A DNA stretch of 64,000 nucleotides, taken from Candidatus Methylomirabilia bacterium (lineage in GTDB: Bacteria > Methylomirabilota > Methylomirabilia > Rokubacteriales > CSP1-6). Each line of letters begins with the position of its first letter. Within the stretch, counting starts at the first letter, position 1. The stretch spans positions 1 to 64,000 of the forward strand of contig JBHIBG010000007.1 in the NCBI GenBank assembly GCA_046758965.1. Reading direction: 5' to 3'. Positions 46,407 to 55,726 of the stretch are shown here, in pieces. The notes under the pieces were generated by a model. It saw only the letters and a list, made by a program, of their open reading frames with translations. It did not search any database and was not told where the DNA came from. The translations under genes and the position numbers were made by a program.

Positions 46407-49106
46407 ATGCCGGACGACTATTTCACGTGGAGCGCGGAGACCTTCCGGATAGATCGCATCTTCGCCAAGCCCGAAGCGCTCAGGGGGATCCGGGTCCTGG
46501 AGCTGGCGACCTTGATCTTGGGACCGGCCACCCCGGCGTACCTGGCCGAGTTCGGCGCCGAGGTGATCAAAGTCGAGCTGCCGGGGGTGGGAGACACGAT
46601 GCGCTCGCTCACTCCGCGCGCCCGCTTCTGGAAGAACGCGGCCCTGGGCTGGCTCAGCGAGGCCCGGAACAAGTACCACGTGGCCATCGACGTGAGGAAG
46701 CCGGAGGGGCAAGCCCTCTTCCGGTCCCTGGCGGCCCAGTCCGACGTCCTCGTCGAGAACCTCCGCGCCGGGACCATGGAGGAAAAGTGGGGGATCGGCT
46801 ACCGCCAGCTCTCCGCCATCAACCCGCGCCTCATCTACGTCGCCAACTCCGGCTTTGGGCAGTGGGGTCCCTTCTCCCGGGGCCGCGCCTCCTACGATGC
46901 CATTGCCCAGTCGGTGAGCGGGATGGCAGCCATCACCGGGTTCGCTGAGCGCGATCCTCTGAAGAGCGGAATCTGGATCGGCGACTACTTCGGTGCGCTC
47001 ATGTCGGCGGTGGCGGTCCTGGCGGCGCTCCACTATCGGGATCGAACGGGGAAAGGGCAGTTCATCGACTTTGCCCAATCAGAGAATCTGATTCGCGCGC
47101 TCGACTGGACCTGGGTCTATCACGGCCTCACCGGTCAGAGCCGCGGCCGCCACGGCAACTGCGACGTGGCGGTGTCACCCTCGAGCTTTTTCGCGTGCCG
47201 GGACGGGATGGTGGCGATCGCTGCCCCTCACGATGAGGCCTTCCGGGGGCTCTGCGAAGCCATGGGCCGACCCGAGCTGGCCGAGGACCCCCGGTTCTCC
47301 ACCCAGCTCGAGCGCCTGAAGGAAGAGAACATCGCCGCCCTCCTCAAGCTCATCGCCGAGTGGGCGAGCGACAAAGCCAGGGGGGAGGTGGATGAGCTGG
47401 GAAGCCGCTACGCTTTTGCGGCCGCTCCGGTGGCGAACGCGGAAGATCACTACCGCGACGTTCACCTCCGGAAGCGGGGCTCAGTCTGGAAGCTCGACGA
47501 CCCCATCTACGGCTCCGTGGTGGAGTACGGCCCGGTCCCCAAGCTCTCGGAAACTCCGGGACGGCTTAAGTGGGCCGGCAAGCTCGTGGGGCAAGACAAC
47601 CGGCTCATCTTGACGCGGGTCCTCGGCCTGAGCCCGGAGGAGATCCAGCCCCTCGAGGCCCGGGGCATTATCGGCAAGTGGAGCGACATGATCGGCCGGA
47701 AGCCTCCGGAGGGGTGGACAGACTCTGAGGAGGATTCCGCGAGTGCTTCACCCCTATCCCCGAGGCGTGAGGCCCCCTGGCCAATGCCAACAACGGCCTC
47801 GGTGAATGACCCGCCGCCCTGGACTGTCTGGGCGAAGGCGGCCACTGACCCGGCTCGGGCCTTCGACAAGCCCGAAGCTTTGGAGGGCATTCGAGTCCTG
47901 GATTGCTCGTACGGAAGCCTGGCCGGCTGTTTCTGCTCGTCGGTCCTGGCCGAGTTCGGGGCTGAGGTGATCCGAATCGAGCCTCCGGAGGGCGACCTGG
48001 CGCGGCGGTTCACCCCGTTTGGCCTGCTTCATCAGGGGACCGGGCTCGGCTATCTGGTCGAGGGACGAAACAAGCACCATGTGACCCTCAATCTCAGGCA
48101 TCCCGGAGGCCAGGCGCTCCTCCGGACGCTCGCACAGAACGCCGATATCCTCATCGAGACCTTTCTCCCCGGCACGATGGATGCCTGGGGGATCGGCTAC
48201 CGCCAGCTCCGCGAGGTGAACCCCCGTCTCATTTATTGCGCGCTCTCAACCTACGGCCAGTTCGGCCCCAGGGCGGCATGCGGGAAGCCGCCAGCCGAGG
48301 TCGTTGACCAGGCCCTGTCCGGGGTCTCCTACTTCACGGGTGAGTCGGACCTGGACGTGGGGCCGGCCGCCTACGCGGTGCCGACCAAGCAGGGGAACTG
48401 GCATGGCTGGTACGCAGGAGGCGGCTACGGAGCGTTCGCGACCCTGCTGGCCCTCCATCACCGCGTCCTCACCCTAGAGGGGCAGCTCATCGATGTCTCC
48501 CCCGCGGAGGCCGCGATGCGCTTTGCCGACTACAACTGCCTCTGGTACCACGCCGAGGGGAAAAACCGGGAGCGCGTGGGGAACCTCGACATGGCGGTCT
48601 TTCCCTACACCTACTTCAGGTGCAAGGATGGCTTCGCGTTCATCGCCGGTTTCTCCGACGTCAACTGGGCGGCCCTCACCACGATCATGGGCCGGCCTGA
48701 CCTCCGCGAGCGTTACCCGACGATCTTCCAGCGCCTCGAGCACGAGAAGGAGAAGGAGATTTACCGCGAGCTGGAGTCCTGGGCCACCAACTACAGCTCG
48801 GAGGAGATTCTGGAGATGGTCCAGAACTACAGAGGCAAAGGGGTGGTGGCCACCGGCCGAATCAACGAGCCGAAGGAGACCCTTGCCGAGGAGAACTGGT
48901 GGGAGCGGGGGGTCTTTCAGCGGATCCAGGACCCGTACTACGGCGAGCTACTCGTCCAGAATCCACCGTGGAAGATGACCGAGACCCCGCCGCGGGTCAA
49001 GTGGGTCTGCCGGCCGGTCGGCGCTGACAATGAAGAGATCTACGCCAAACGGTTCGGCTTGGATTCCGCTTCCCAGAAAGCCCTTCAGGCGGAGGGGGTG
49101 CTGTGA
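46407..49106 (+). CDS. Fused alpha+beta family III CoA-transferase (pair 2)
   Basis: Two complete CaiB/BaiF modules; first has GIWIGDYFG (Asp), second GNWHGWYAG (no Asp). GGAGG RBS. Confidence 0.9.
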   Translation: MPDDYFTWSAETFRIDRIFAKPEALRGIRVLELATLILGPATPAYLAEFGAEVIKVELPGVGDTMRSLTPRARFWKNAALGWLSEARNKYHVAIDVRKPEGQALFRSLAAQSDVLVENLRAGTMEEKWGIGYRQLSAINPRLIYVANSGFGQWGPFSRGRASYDAIAQSVSGMAAITGFAERDPLKSGIWIGDYFGALMSAVAVLAALHYRDRTGKGQFIDFAQSENLIRALDWTWVYHGLTGQSRGRHGNCDVAVSPSSFFACRDGMVAIAAPHDEAFRGLCEAMGRPELAEDPRFSTQLERLKEENIAALLKLIAEWASDKARGEVDELGSRYAFAAAPVANAEDHYRDVHLRKRGSVWKLDDPIYGSVVEYGPVPKLSETPGRLKWAGKLVGQDNRLILTRVLGLSPEEIQPLEARGIIGKWSDMIGRKPPEGWTDSEEDSASASPLSPRREAPWPMPTTASVNDPPPWTVWAKAATDPARAFDKPEALEGIRVLDCSYGSLAGCFCSSVLAEFGAEVIRIEPPEGDLARRFTPFGLLHQGTGLGYLVEGRNKHHVTLNLRHPGGQALLRTLAQNADILIETFLPGTMDAWGIGYRQLREVNPRLIYCALSTYGQFGPRAACGKPPAEVVDQALSGVSYFTGESDLDVGPAAYAVPTKQGNWHGWYAGGGYGAFATLLALHHRVLTLEGQLIDVSPAEAAMRFADYNCLWYHAEGKNRERVGNLDMAVFPYTYFRCKDGFAFIAGFSDVNWAALTTIMGRPDLRERYPTIFQRLEHEKEKEIYRELESWATNYSSEEILEMVQNYRGKGVVATGRINEPKETLAEENWWERGVFQRIQDPYYGELLVQNPPWKMTETPPRVKWVCRPVGADNEEIYAKRFGLDSASQKALQAEGVL

Positions 49107-50452
49107 AATCCGATCCGACGCAGGCTGACTACCTCACCTGGACGAGGGAAGCGTTCCGGCGCGATCGGATCTTCGCCAAGCCCGAAGCTCTCAGCGGGCT
49201 CCGCATTCTGGAGCTGGCCACCCTGATCCTCGGTCCCGTCACGCCTTCCTTCCTGGCCGAGTTCGGAGCTGAAGTGATCAAGGTTGAGCTGCCGGGCATC
49301 GGCGACCCGCTCCGCTCCATCACTCCCCGGGCGCGCTTCTGGAAGAACGCGGCGCTGGCCTGGCTCAACGAGGCTCGGAACAAGTACCACGTGGCCTTTG
49401 ATGTCCGAGCCCCGGAGGGGCAGGCCCTGTTCAAGGCCCTGGCCGCCAAGTCCGACGTCGTCGTGGAGAATTTCAAGGCCGGGACGATGGAGGCCAAGTG
49501 GGGGATCGGCTACCGGCAGCTCCGGGAGCTGAATCCCCGCCTCATCTACGTGGCCAACACCGGGTTCGGGCAGTGGGGCTCGTTCTCCCAGGGCCGGGCC
49601 TCCTACGATGCGATCGCCCAGTCGGTGAGCAGCATGGCGACCATCACCGGCTTTCCGGAGCGGGACCCGGTCAAATCCGGGGCCTGGATTGGCGACTACT
49701 TCGGGGCCCTCATGTCAGCCGTGGCCGTGCTGGTCGCGCTCCATTGGCGGGACCGGACCGGCGAGGGGCAGTTCATCGACCTCGCGCAGTCCGAAAGCCT
49801 GATCCGCGCGCTCGACTGGACCTGGGTTCATCACGCTCTGACCGGAGAGAGCCGGAGCCGCTATGGGAACCGGGATGTGGCGATCGCGCCCTCGGACATC
49901 GTGCGATGCCGCGATGGAATGGCTGCCGTTGCGGCGCCCTCCGATGACGCCTTCAGGGGTCTCTGCCAGGCCATGGGCCGCCCCGAGCTCGCCGAGGATC
50001 CGCGCTTCTCCACCCAGCTCGAGCGGTTGAAGGAAGAGCACGCGAAGGCTCTCGTCGCCCTCATCGCCGAGTGGGCGAGGGACAGGACGGTGGGGGAGGT
50101 AGATGCCCTCGGAGGCCGCTTCGGCTTTGCCTCGGCTCCGGTGCAAACCTCCCGCGATCACTACCATGACCCTCACCTCCGCGAGCGAGGGGCGGTCTGG
50201 CAGCTCGACGACCCCATCTACGGCGAGGTGGTGGAGTACGGCCCGGTTCCGAAGCTCTCCGACACCCCCGGGAGGCTCAAGTGGGCAGGGAAGCCCGTCG
50301 GCCTGGACAACGACTATGTCCTGACGGCGATCCTCGGCCTCTCCCGGGAAGAGATCGAGAAGCTCGAGGCGAAAGGCGTCATCGGGAGGTGGAACGACGC
50401 GATCGGCCGGAAGCCTCCCGAGGGATGGGCAGGAGAGGGGAGGATTTTTTGA
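49103..50452 (+). CDS. Family III CoA-transferase, alpha subunit, pair 3
   Basis: Close paralog of the N-half of 46407-49106; GAWIGDYFG; GTGA overlap. Confidence 0.92.
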   Translation: MKSDPTQADYLTWTREAFRRDRIFAKPEALSGLRILELATLILGPVTPSFLAEFGAEVIKVELPGIGDPLRSITPRARFWKNAALAWLNEARNKYHVAFDVRAPEGQALFKALAAKSDVVVENFKAGTMEAKWGIGYRQLRELNPRLIYVANTGFGQWGSFSQGRASYDAIAQSVSSMATITGFPERDPVKSGAWIGDYFGALMSAVAVLVALHWRDRTGEGQFIDLAQSESLIRALDWTWVHHALTGESRSRYGNRDVAIAPSDIVRCRDGMAAVAAPSDDAFRGLCQAMGRPELAEDPRFSTQLERLKEEHAKALVALIAEWARDRTVGEVDALGGRFGFASAPVQTSRDHYHDPHLRERGAVWQLDDPIYGEVVEYGPVPKLSDTPGRLKWAGKPVGLDNDYVLTAILGLSREEIEKLEAKGVIGRWNDAIGRKPPEGWAGEGRIF

Positions 50453-51780
50453 AGCCGGGCGGCCGAGTGGGTGGGGGGCCGGATCGTCCGGAACAAGCGT
50501 GGGCCGAGTGGGCACAGGCGGCAACGGATCCCACCAACGCCAAGGAGAAGCCCGAAGCCCTCGATGATCTTCTGGTGCTGGACTGCTCTTACGGGAGCCT
50601 GGCCGGCAGCTTCTGCTCCTCCCTTCTGGCGGAGTTTGGAGCCGAGGTGATCCGGTTCGAGCCCCCCGAAGGCGACCTCGCTCGGCACTTCACCCCCTGG
50701 GGGCTCCTCCAAGAGGGGACCGGACTCGGGTACCTCCCCGAGGGGCGAAACAAATTTCATGTCACGCTGAACCTCAGGCACGCCGAGGGACAGGAGCTGT
50801 TTCGGGCCTTGGCCCGTCGCGCGGACGTGCTGATCGAGACCTTCCTTCCGGGGATGATGGAGGGCTGGGGGATCGGCTACCGGCAGCTCCGGGAGCTGAA
50901 TCCCCGCCTGCTGTACTGCGCTGTCTACACGTACGGCCAGTTCGGCTCCAAGGCCGCCTCGGGCAAGCCCCCGGCCGATGTCGTGGATCAGGCGCTCTCC
51001 GGGATCACCTCCTTCACCGGTGAGCCGGAGCCAGCCGAGGGGCCGGCTCCGTACGCGGTCCCGACCAGGCAGGGGAGCTGGTTCGGCTGGTACGCTGGCG
51101 GGGCCTACGCCGCTTTCGGGACCCTCGTGGCGCTCCGCTATCGTCGTCTCACGGGCCAGGGACAGTTCCTGGACGTTTCTCCGGCAGAGGCGGCGATGCG
51201 CTTTGCGGACTTCAACTGCCTCTGGTACCACGCCGAGGGGCAGAGCCGGGAGCGCCTGGGGAACCTGGACATTGCCGTCTACCCCTACACCTACTTCCGC
51301 TGCAAGCGCGGGTTTGTCTTCATCGCCGGCTTTCTGGACCCCAACTGGGCTGCCTTGACTGAGATCATGGGCCGACCAGACCTCCGGGATCGCTACCCCA
51401 CGATCCGGCGACGCCTGGAACATGCCAGGGAGATCCATCCCGAGATCGAGGCCTGGACCGCGAGGCACACCTTCGAGGAGATCCTCGACCAGGTGCAGCG
51501 CTATCAGGGCGGAGGAGTCGTGGCCACGGGACCGGTCAACGAGCCTCGGGAGACGGTGGCCGAGGCTCACTGGTGGGAGCGGGGGGTGTTCCAGCGCTTC
51601 CGGGATCCTTACTACGGCGAGATGCTGATCCAGAACCCGCCCTGGAAGATGACCGCCACCCCACCACGGGTAAAGTGGCTCTGCCGGCCTGTGGGGGCGG
51701 ACACCGCGGCGATCTACGGAAAGTATCTCGGCCTCGGTCCCTCCCGGCTTGCGACCCTCAGGGACTCTGGAGTGGTCTGA
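50449..51780 (+). CDS. Family III CoA-transferase, beta subunit, pair 3
   Basis: Close paralog of the C-half of 46407-49106; GSWFGWYAG (no Asp); TTGA overlap (start uncertain). Confidence 0.9.
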   Translation: MKPGGRVGGGPDRPEQAWAEWAQAATDPTNAKEKPEALDDLLVLDCSYGSLAGSFCSSLLAEFGAEVIRFEPPEGDLARHFTPWGLLQEGTGLGYLPEGRNKFHVTLNLRHAEGQELFRALARRADVLIETFLPGMMEGWGIGYRQLRELNPRLLYCAVYTYGQFGSKAASGKPPADVVDQALSGITSFTGEPEPAEGPAPYAVPTRQGSWFGWYAGGAYAAFGTLVALRYRRLTGQGQFLDVSPAEAAMRFADFNCLWYHAEGQSRERLGNLDIAVYPYTYFRCKRGFVFIAGFLDPNWAALTEIMGRPDLRDRYPTIRRRLEHAREIHPEIEAWTARHTFEEILDQVQRYQGGGVVATGPVNEPRETVAEAHWWERGVFQRFRDPYYGEMLIQNPPWKMTATPPRVKWLCRPVGADTAAIYGKYLGLGPSRLATLRDSGVV

Positions 51781-51922
51781 GCGGGGGGGCCAGGTCGTTC
51801 TTGACAAACCCCCATCACCTCGCTACCCTCTCACCACGCTCCGGCCGAGGCAGAGGCTCCCCGCGGCACGGCGCGGGGTTACGCACTCTCCGAGGACCGG
51901 ACTCGACAGAGGAGGAACCACC

Positions 51923-52936
51923 ATGAACAAGAAGTTGTTCGGGGTTCTCATCGTTTCATTGGCGCTGCTGGTTTCAGGGGTGCTGCCAGCTTTTGCCGAA
52001 ACCATGACCTGGAAAGTTGTGGGGCTCAACCGCGCCACCCCCCAATTCAAGCCATGGGAATGGTTCGCAGCGGAGCTGGAGAAGCGAACCAAGGGGCAGA
52101 TAAAGGTGAATCTGGTGAGCCTGCCCGAGCTAGGGCTGACCGGCTTTGAGCTGGTACGGGTGATCAAAGCGGGCTTGGTCGACGTCGCTGACATCCTGCC
52201 CACCTATGTCGCCGGGGACGTGCCGATCATCGAGGGGGTCGACCTGGTGGGGCTCTTCCCCGATTTTGACACGTCCGTGAAGGCCCACGATGCCTTCATG
52301 CCAGTGTTGAGCAAGCATCTGGCGAAGATCGCCGGTGGGGTGGTCATCGGGGTCTACTACTGGCCTCACCAGGTGATGTGGAGCCGTAAGCCGGTCCGGA
52401 GCCTGAACGACTTGAAGGGAATGAAGGTCCGGGTCTACGGCACCGCGCAGACAGAGTTCCTGAAGGCGCTCGGCGCCGTGCCGGTCTCCATCGCCTTTGC
52501 CGAGGTGTACACGGCGCTGGAGCGGGGCACCGTGGATGCGGCCATTACGGGAACCTATTCGGGATATGCCTTGAAGTGGTACGAGGTCAGCAAGTACCAG
52601 ATTGAGATGAACCTGGGGCCTGTGATCGGAACCCTGACCGTGAGCAAGCGGACCTGGGACAAGCTCACCCCGGGGCTCAAGGCCACGCTGAACCAGCTTG
52701 GAAAAGAGTTCACCGAGAGGGGGACGGAGGTCGGCCGGCGAACCTCTCAGCTCGGTATCGACGAGTCTGCAAAGAAGGGAATTGAGTATGTCAATCTGGG
52801 ACCGAAGTTTCTCAAGGGCACTCGGAAGGCTGTCATCAACGCCGTGATCCCGGGGTGGGTGAGGCGGGCCGGGCCGGAGGCCAAGCCCGTGTTCAACCAG
52901 TACATCGCGCCATATGCAGGATACAAGATTCCCTGA
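51923..52936 (+). CDS. dctP: TRAP transporter substrate-binding protein
   Basis: Signal peptide (AFA), LKGMKVRV, AEVYTALERGTVDA, WYEVSKY. GGAGG RBS. Confidence 0.93.
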   Translation: MNKKLFGVLIVSLALLVSGVLPAFAETMTWKVVGLNRATPQFKPWEWFAAELEKRTKGQIKVNLVSLPELGLTGFELVRVIKAGLVDVADILPTYVAGDVPIIEGVDLVGLFPDFDTSVKAHDAFMPVLSKHLAKIAGGVVIGVYYWPHQVMWSRKPVRSLNDLKGMKVRVYGTAQTEFLKALGAVPVSIAFAEVYTALERGTVDAAITGTYSGYALKWYEVSKYQIEMNLGPVIGTLTVSKRTWDKLTPGLKATLNQLGKEFTERGTEVGRRTSQLGIDESAKKGIEYVNLGPKFLKGTRKAVINAVIPGWVRRAGPEAKPVFNQYIAPYAGYKIP

Positions 52937-52942
52937 AGGCCG

Positions 52943-53569
52943 GTGAACCCCACGCCCGGGCGTGAGCCTGACGAGCGGTCTCTCACTGCCCGTCTTCTTC
53001 AAACGGTCAGCCAGGTCATCCGGGTGACGGATGGCCTGGCGACCGGCATGGCCTATCTCAGCGGCGCAGTCTTCCTGCTGATCTCGGCTTACATCACCAT
53101 CGACGTCGTCGGGCGCAAGTTCTTTGGCATCACCACAGGCGTCTCGGATGAAATCGGGGGCTACGCCCTGGCCTTCGGCGGCGTGTGGGCGTTGGCATAC
53201 ACCCTCAGAACCGGGGGCCACGTCCGCATCGACGTCCTCCTCCCGTATCTGCCGCGCAGGACGAGATGGGTGCTCAACTATGCGGCCATGATCGTGATGG
53301 GGTTCTTCTCGGCTGTGCTTGCTGCCTACACCTGGCAACTCGCCCTGGACTCCTTCGCCATGAAAGCCAAGGCGATGAGCTACATCCAGACACCCATCTG
53401 GCTGCCCCAGACCTTGGTGGCAGTGGGGCTGAGCGCGTTGACCGTGCAGGCCGCCATCATGCTCGGAGCGGGACTGGTGGAATCAGTCCTCTTGCGACAG
53501 TTAGCTCCCCTGAAAACCCTCCCAGCTCCCGGGACGAGCGAGGAGCCGGAAGCCCCGGAACCTGGTTAG
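52943..53569 (+). CDS. dctQ: TRAP transporter small permease
   Basis: DVVGR, DEI, LAYTL..GGHVRIDVL; 4 TM segments. Confidence 0.92.
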   Translation: MNPTPGREPDERSLTARLLQTVSQVIRVTDGLATGMAYLSGAVFLLISAYITIDVVGRKFFGITTGVSDEIGGYALAFGGVWALAYTLRTGGHVRIDVLLPYLPRRTRWVLNYAAMIVMGFFSAVLAAYTWQLALDSFAMKAKAMSYIQTPIWLPQTLVAVGLSALTVQAAIMLGAGLVESVLLRQLAPLKTLPAPGTSEEPEAPEPG

Positions 53570-53641
53570 TGCCGTTCCAACTTCGAATCGCCTGCCGCCG
53601 CTTGCTACCCGGTAACGTGTGAACATCAGGAGCAATTTGCT

Positions 53642-54958
53642 TTGACAGCTCTTCTCGTCGCCTCCGGCTTGATGCTGGTCACGTTCATGCTCGGCCTCTA
53701 CGTGGCCGCCGCCCTTGGCGTGCTGAGCCTGGGGCTCCTCTCGGTCTTCAGTGACGTCTCCATGTGGGGGATGTTCGGGCTCATCACCTGGAATACCAAC
53801 ATCAACTTCGTCCTGGTCGCGATCCCGCTGTTCGTCCTGATGGGGGAACTCCTCTTGCGGAGCGGCTTGACCGAGCGGCTCTACACGGTCATCTCCCAAT
53901 GGCTCAACCCGCTGCCGGGGGGGCTGATGCACAGCAACATCGCCGCGTGCGCGATCTTCGCCGCGGTCTCCGGCTCGAGCATCGCGACCTCAGCGACCAT
54001 CGGCTCGGTGGCGCTCCCCGCCTTTCGCGAACGCGGCTACGACGAGCGGCTGGTCATGGGCTCCCTGGCTGCCGGGGGTACCCTGGGGATCCTGATTCCT
54101 CCCAGCATCAACATGATCGTCTATGGCGTCCTGGTGGAGGAGTCGGTCGGCAGGCTGTATATCGCCGGGATTTTCCCCGGGATCATGCTCACGCTGCTCT
54201 TCATGTCCGTCATCTTTCTCGGCACCAAAATCGTGCGAGGCGCTGCGCCTCGCGAAGCTGCAACGCCCTGGCGGGTCAGGCTCGTCGGGCTGATTGCCCT
54301 CGGGCCCACCTTCATCTTGATCTTCCTGGTGCTGGGAACGATCTACCTCGGCGTGGCCACCCCGACCGAGGCCGCGGCCTTCGGCGTGGTCGGGGCGCTT
54401 GTGCTGGCCGCGCTCGCCGGACGTGTCAATTTCAGGATGCTGAGAGACGCCGCCCTGTCGGGTTCCCGGACGACGGCCATGATCATGCTCATCCTGACCG
54501 CCGCCTTCATCCTCAACTTCACCCTGTCGATTCTGGGCGTCCCTCACGCCCTGTCTCAGGGTGTCGTCGCCATGGGGCTGGGCCAGACCGCTACCCTGCT
54601 CATCCTGATCGGCTTCTACCTGCTGCTGGGGACATTCATGGATGGCTTCGCCATGATGGTGACCACCATCCCGGTGATCCTCCCCATCTTAAAAACGCAG
54701 AACATCGATCTGGTGTGGTTCGGCATCATCATCGTGATTCTCACAGAGGCGGCTCTGATTTCCCCGCCCGAGGGACTGAACCTCTACGTCATCCACGGCC
54801 TCCGCAAGAAAGGAGCCAGGGAAGAGCTCAACCCGACCATCATGGACGTCTACATCGGGGTCCTCCCCTTCTTTTTTGCCATGGTCCTGGCTATCGGGAT
54901 CATCGTGCTCTTCCCGCAAATCGCCCTCTGGCTGCCGTCCACGATGTTCGCCATGTGA
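53642..54958 (+). CDS. dctM: TRAP transporter large permease
   Basis: AIPLFVLMG, FAAVSGSS, GGTLGILIPPS, TPTEAAA, ISPPEGLNLYV, FPQIALWLP. Confidence 0.95.
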   Translation: MTALLVASGLMLVTFMLGLYVAAALGVLSLGLLSVFSDVSMWGMFGLITWNTNINFVLVAIPLFVLMGELLLRSGLTERLYTVISQWLNPLPGGLMHSNIAACAIFAAVSGSSIATSATIGSVALPAFRERGYDERLVMGSLAAGGTLGILIPPSINMIVYGVLVEESVGRLYIAGIFPGIMLTLLFMSVIFLGTKIVRGAAPREAATPWRVRLVGLIALGPTFILIFLVLGTIYLGVATPTEAAAFGVVGALVLAALAGRVNFRMLRDAALSGSRTTAMIMLILTAAFILNFTLSILGVPHALSQGVVAMGLGQTATLLILIGFYLLLGTFMDGFAMMVTTIPVILPILKTQNIDLVWFGIIIVILTEAALISPPEGLNLYVIHGLRKKGAREELNPTIMDVYIGVLPFFFAMVLAIGIIVLFPQIALWLPSTMFAM

Positions 54959-55001
54959 GTCGGGGGATGACAGCGGCCGCCCCTGCGACAGCAGAAAGGC
55001 G

Positions 55002-55700
55002 TTACGGGAGGTCGAGAAGGATGAGCTCGGTGGGGGCCGTCGCGGTCAGGGGGAGAGGCGATTCGTCAGCGACCCTGGCCTGGTCGCCCGCCGAGAGCGG
55101 GATGCGATTCAGGTCAAGGGCGCCGCTGATGGCGAAAAGATAGGCTCGCCGTCCAGGAGCGAGCGGCTGGGTAACCGCCTGGCCGGGATCCAAGGCGCTG
55201 ACGAAGATCGTCGCGTGCTGATCGATCCTGAGACAGTCCCGCTCCGCATTGGCTGAGACTACGGGGAAGAGCCGCCCGCGGCGCTCGGCAGCGGTGAACT
55301 TGCGCTGCTCCCACCGCGGGCGGAGCCTCTTCGTGCGCGGGAGGATCCAGATCTGGAGGAGATGCAGGGGGACCGTCGTCGATGGGTTACGTTCGGCGTG
55401 GACGATCCCCGTCCCCGCTGACATCACCTGCACCTGGCCGGCTCGAAGCAGTCCCCGGTTCCCCTGGTCGTCCTCGTGCTCCAACTCCCCTTCCAGGACG
55501 TAGGTGATGATCTCCATCTCCCGGTGGCCGTGGGGCGGGAAGCCGGTGCCGGGCTGGATCACATCGTCGTTGAAGACCCTCAGCGTCCCGAAGGCGACGT
55601 TGTCGGGGTCCCAGTAGTGATCGAAAGAGAAATGCCAGTAGGTGGAAAGCCAGTCCGTCTGGTGGTGATACCGGTCGCCGGATCTGATGACCTGGATCAT
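55002..55700 (-). CDS. Pirin family protein (YhhW-like)
   Basis: FSF..Y.DP....FG.LRVFNDD, GFPPHGHREMEI.TYV, MSAGTGIVHAE, LLQIWI. Confidence 0.94.
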   Translation of the reverse strand: MIQVIRSGDRYHHQTDWLSTYWHFSFDHYWDPDNVAFGTLRVFNDDVIQPGTGFPPHGHREMEIITYVLEGELEHEDDQGNRGLLRAGQVQVMSAGTGIVHAERNPSTTVPLHLLQIWILPRTKRLRPRWEQRKFTAAERRGRLFPVVSANAERDCLRIDQHATIFVSALDPGQAVTQPLAPGRRAYLFAISGALDLNRIPLSAGDQARVADESPLPLTATAPTELILLDLP

Positions 55701-55726
55701 CTCAAGCTTACCTCACGCGTTCCCGC

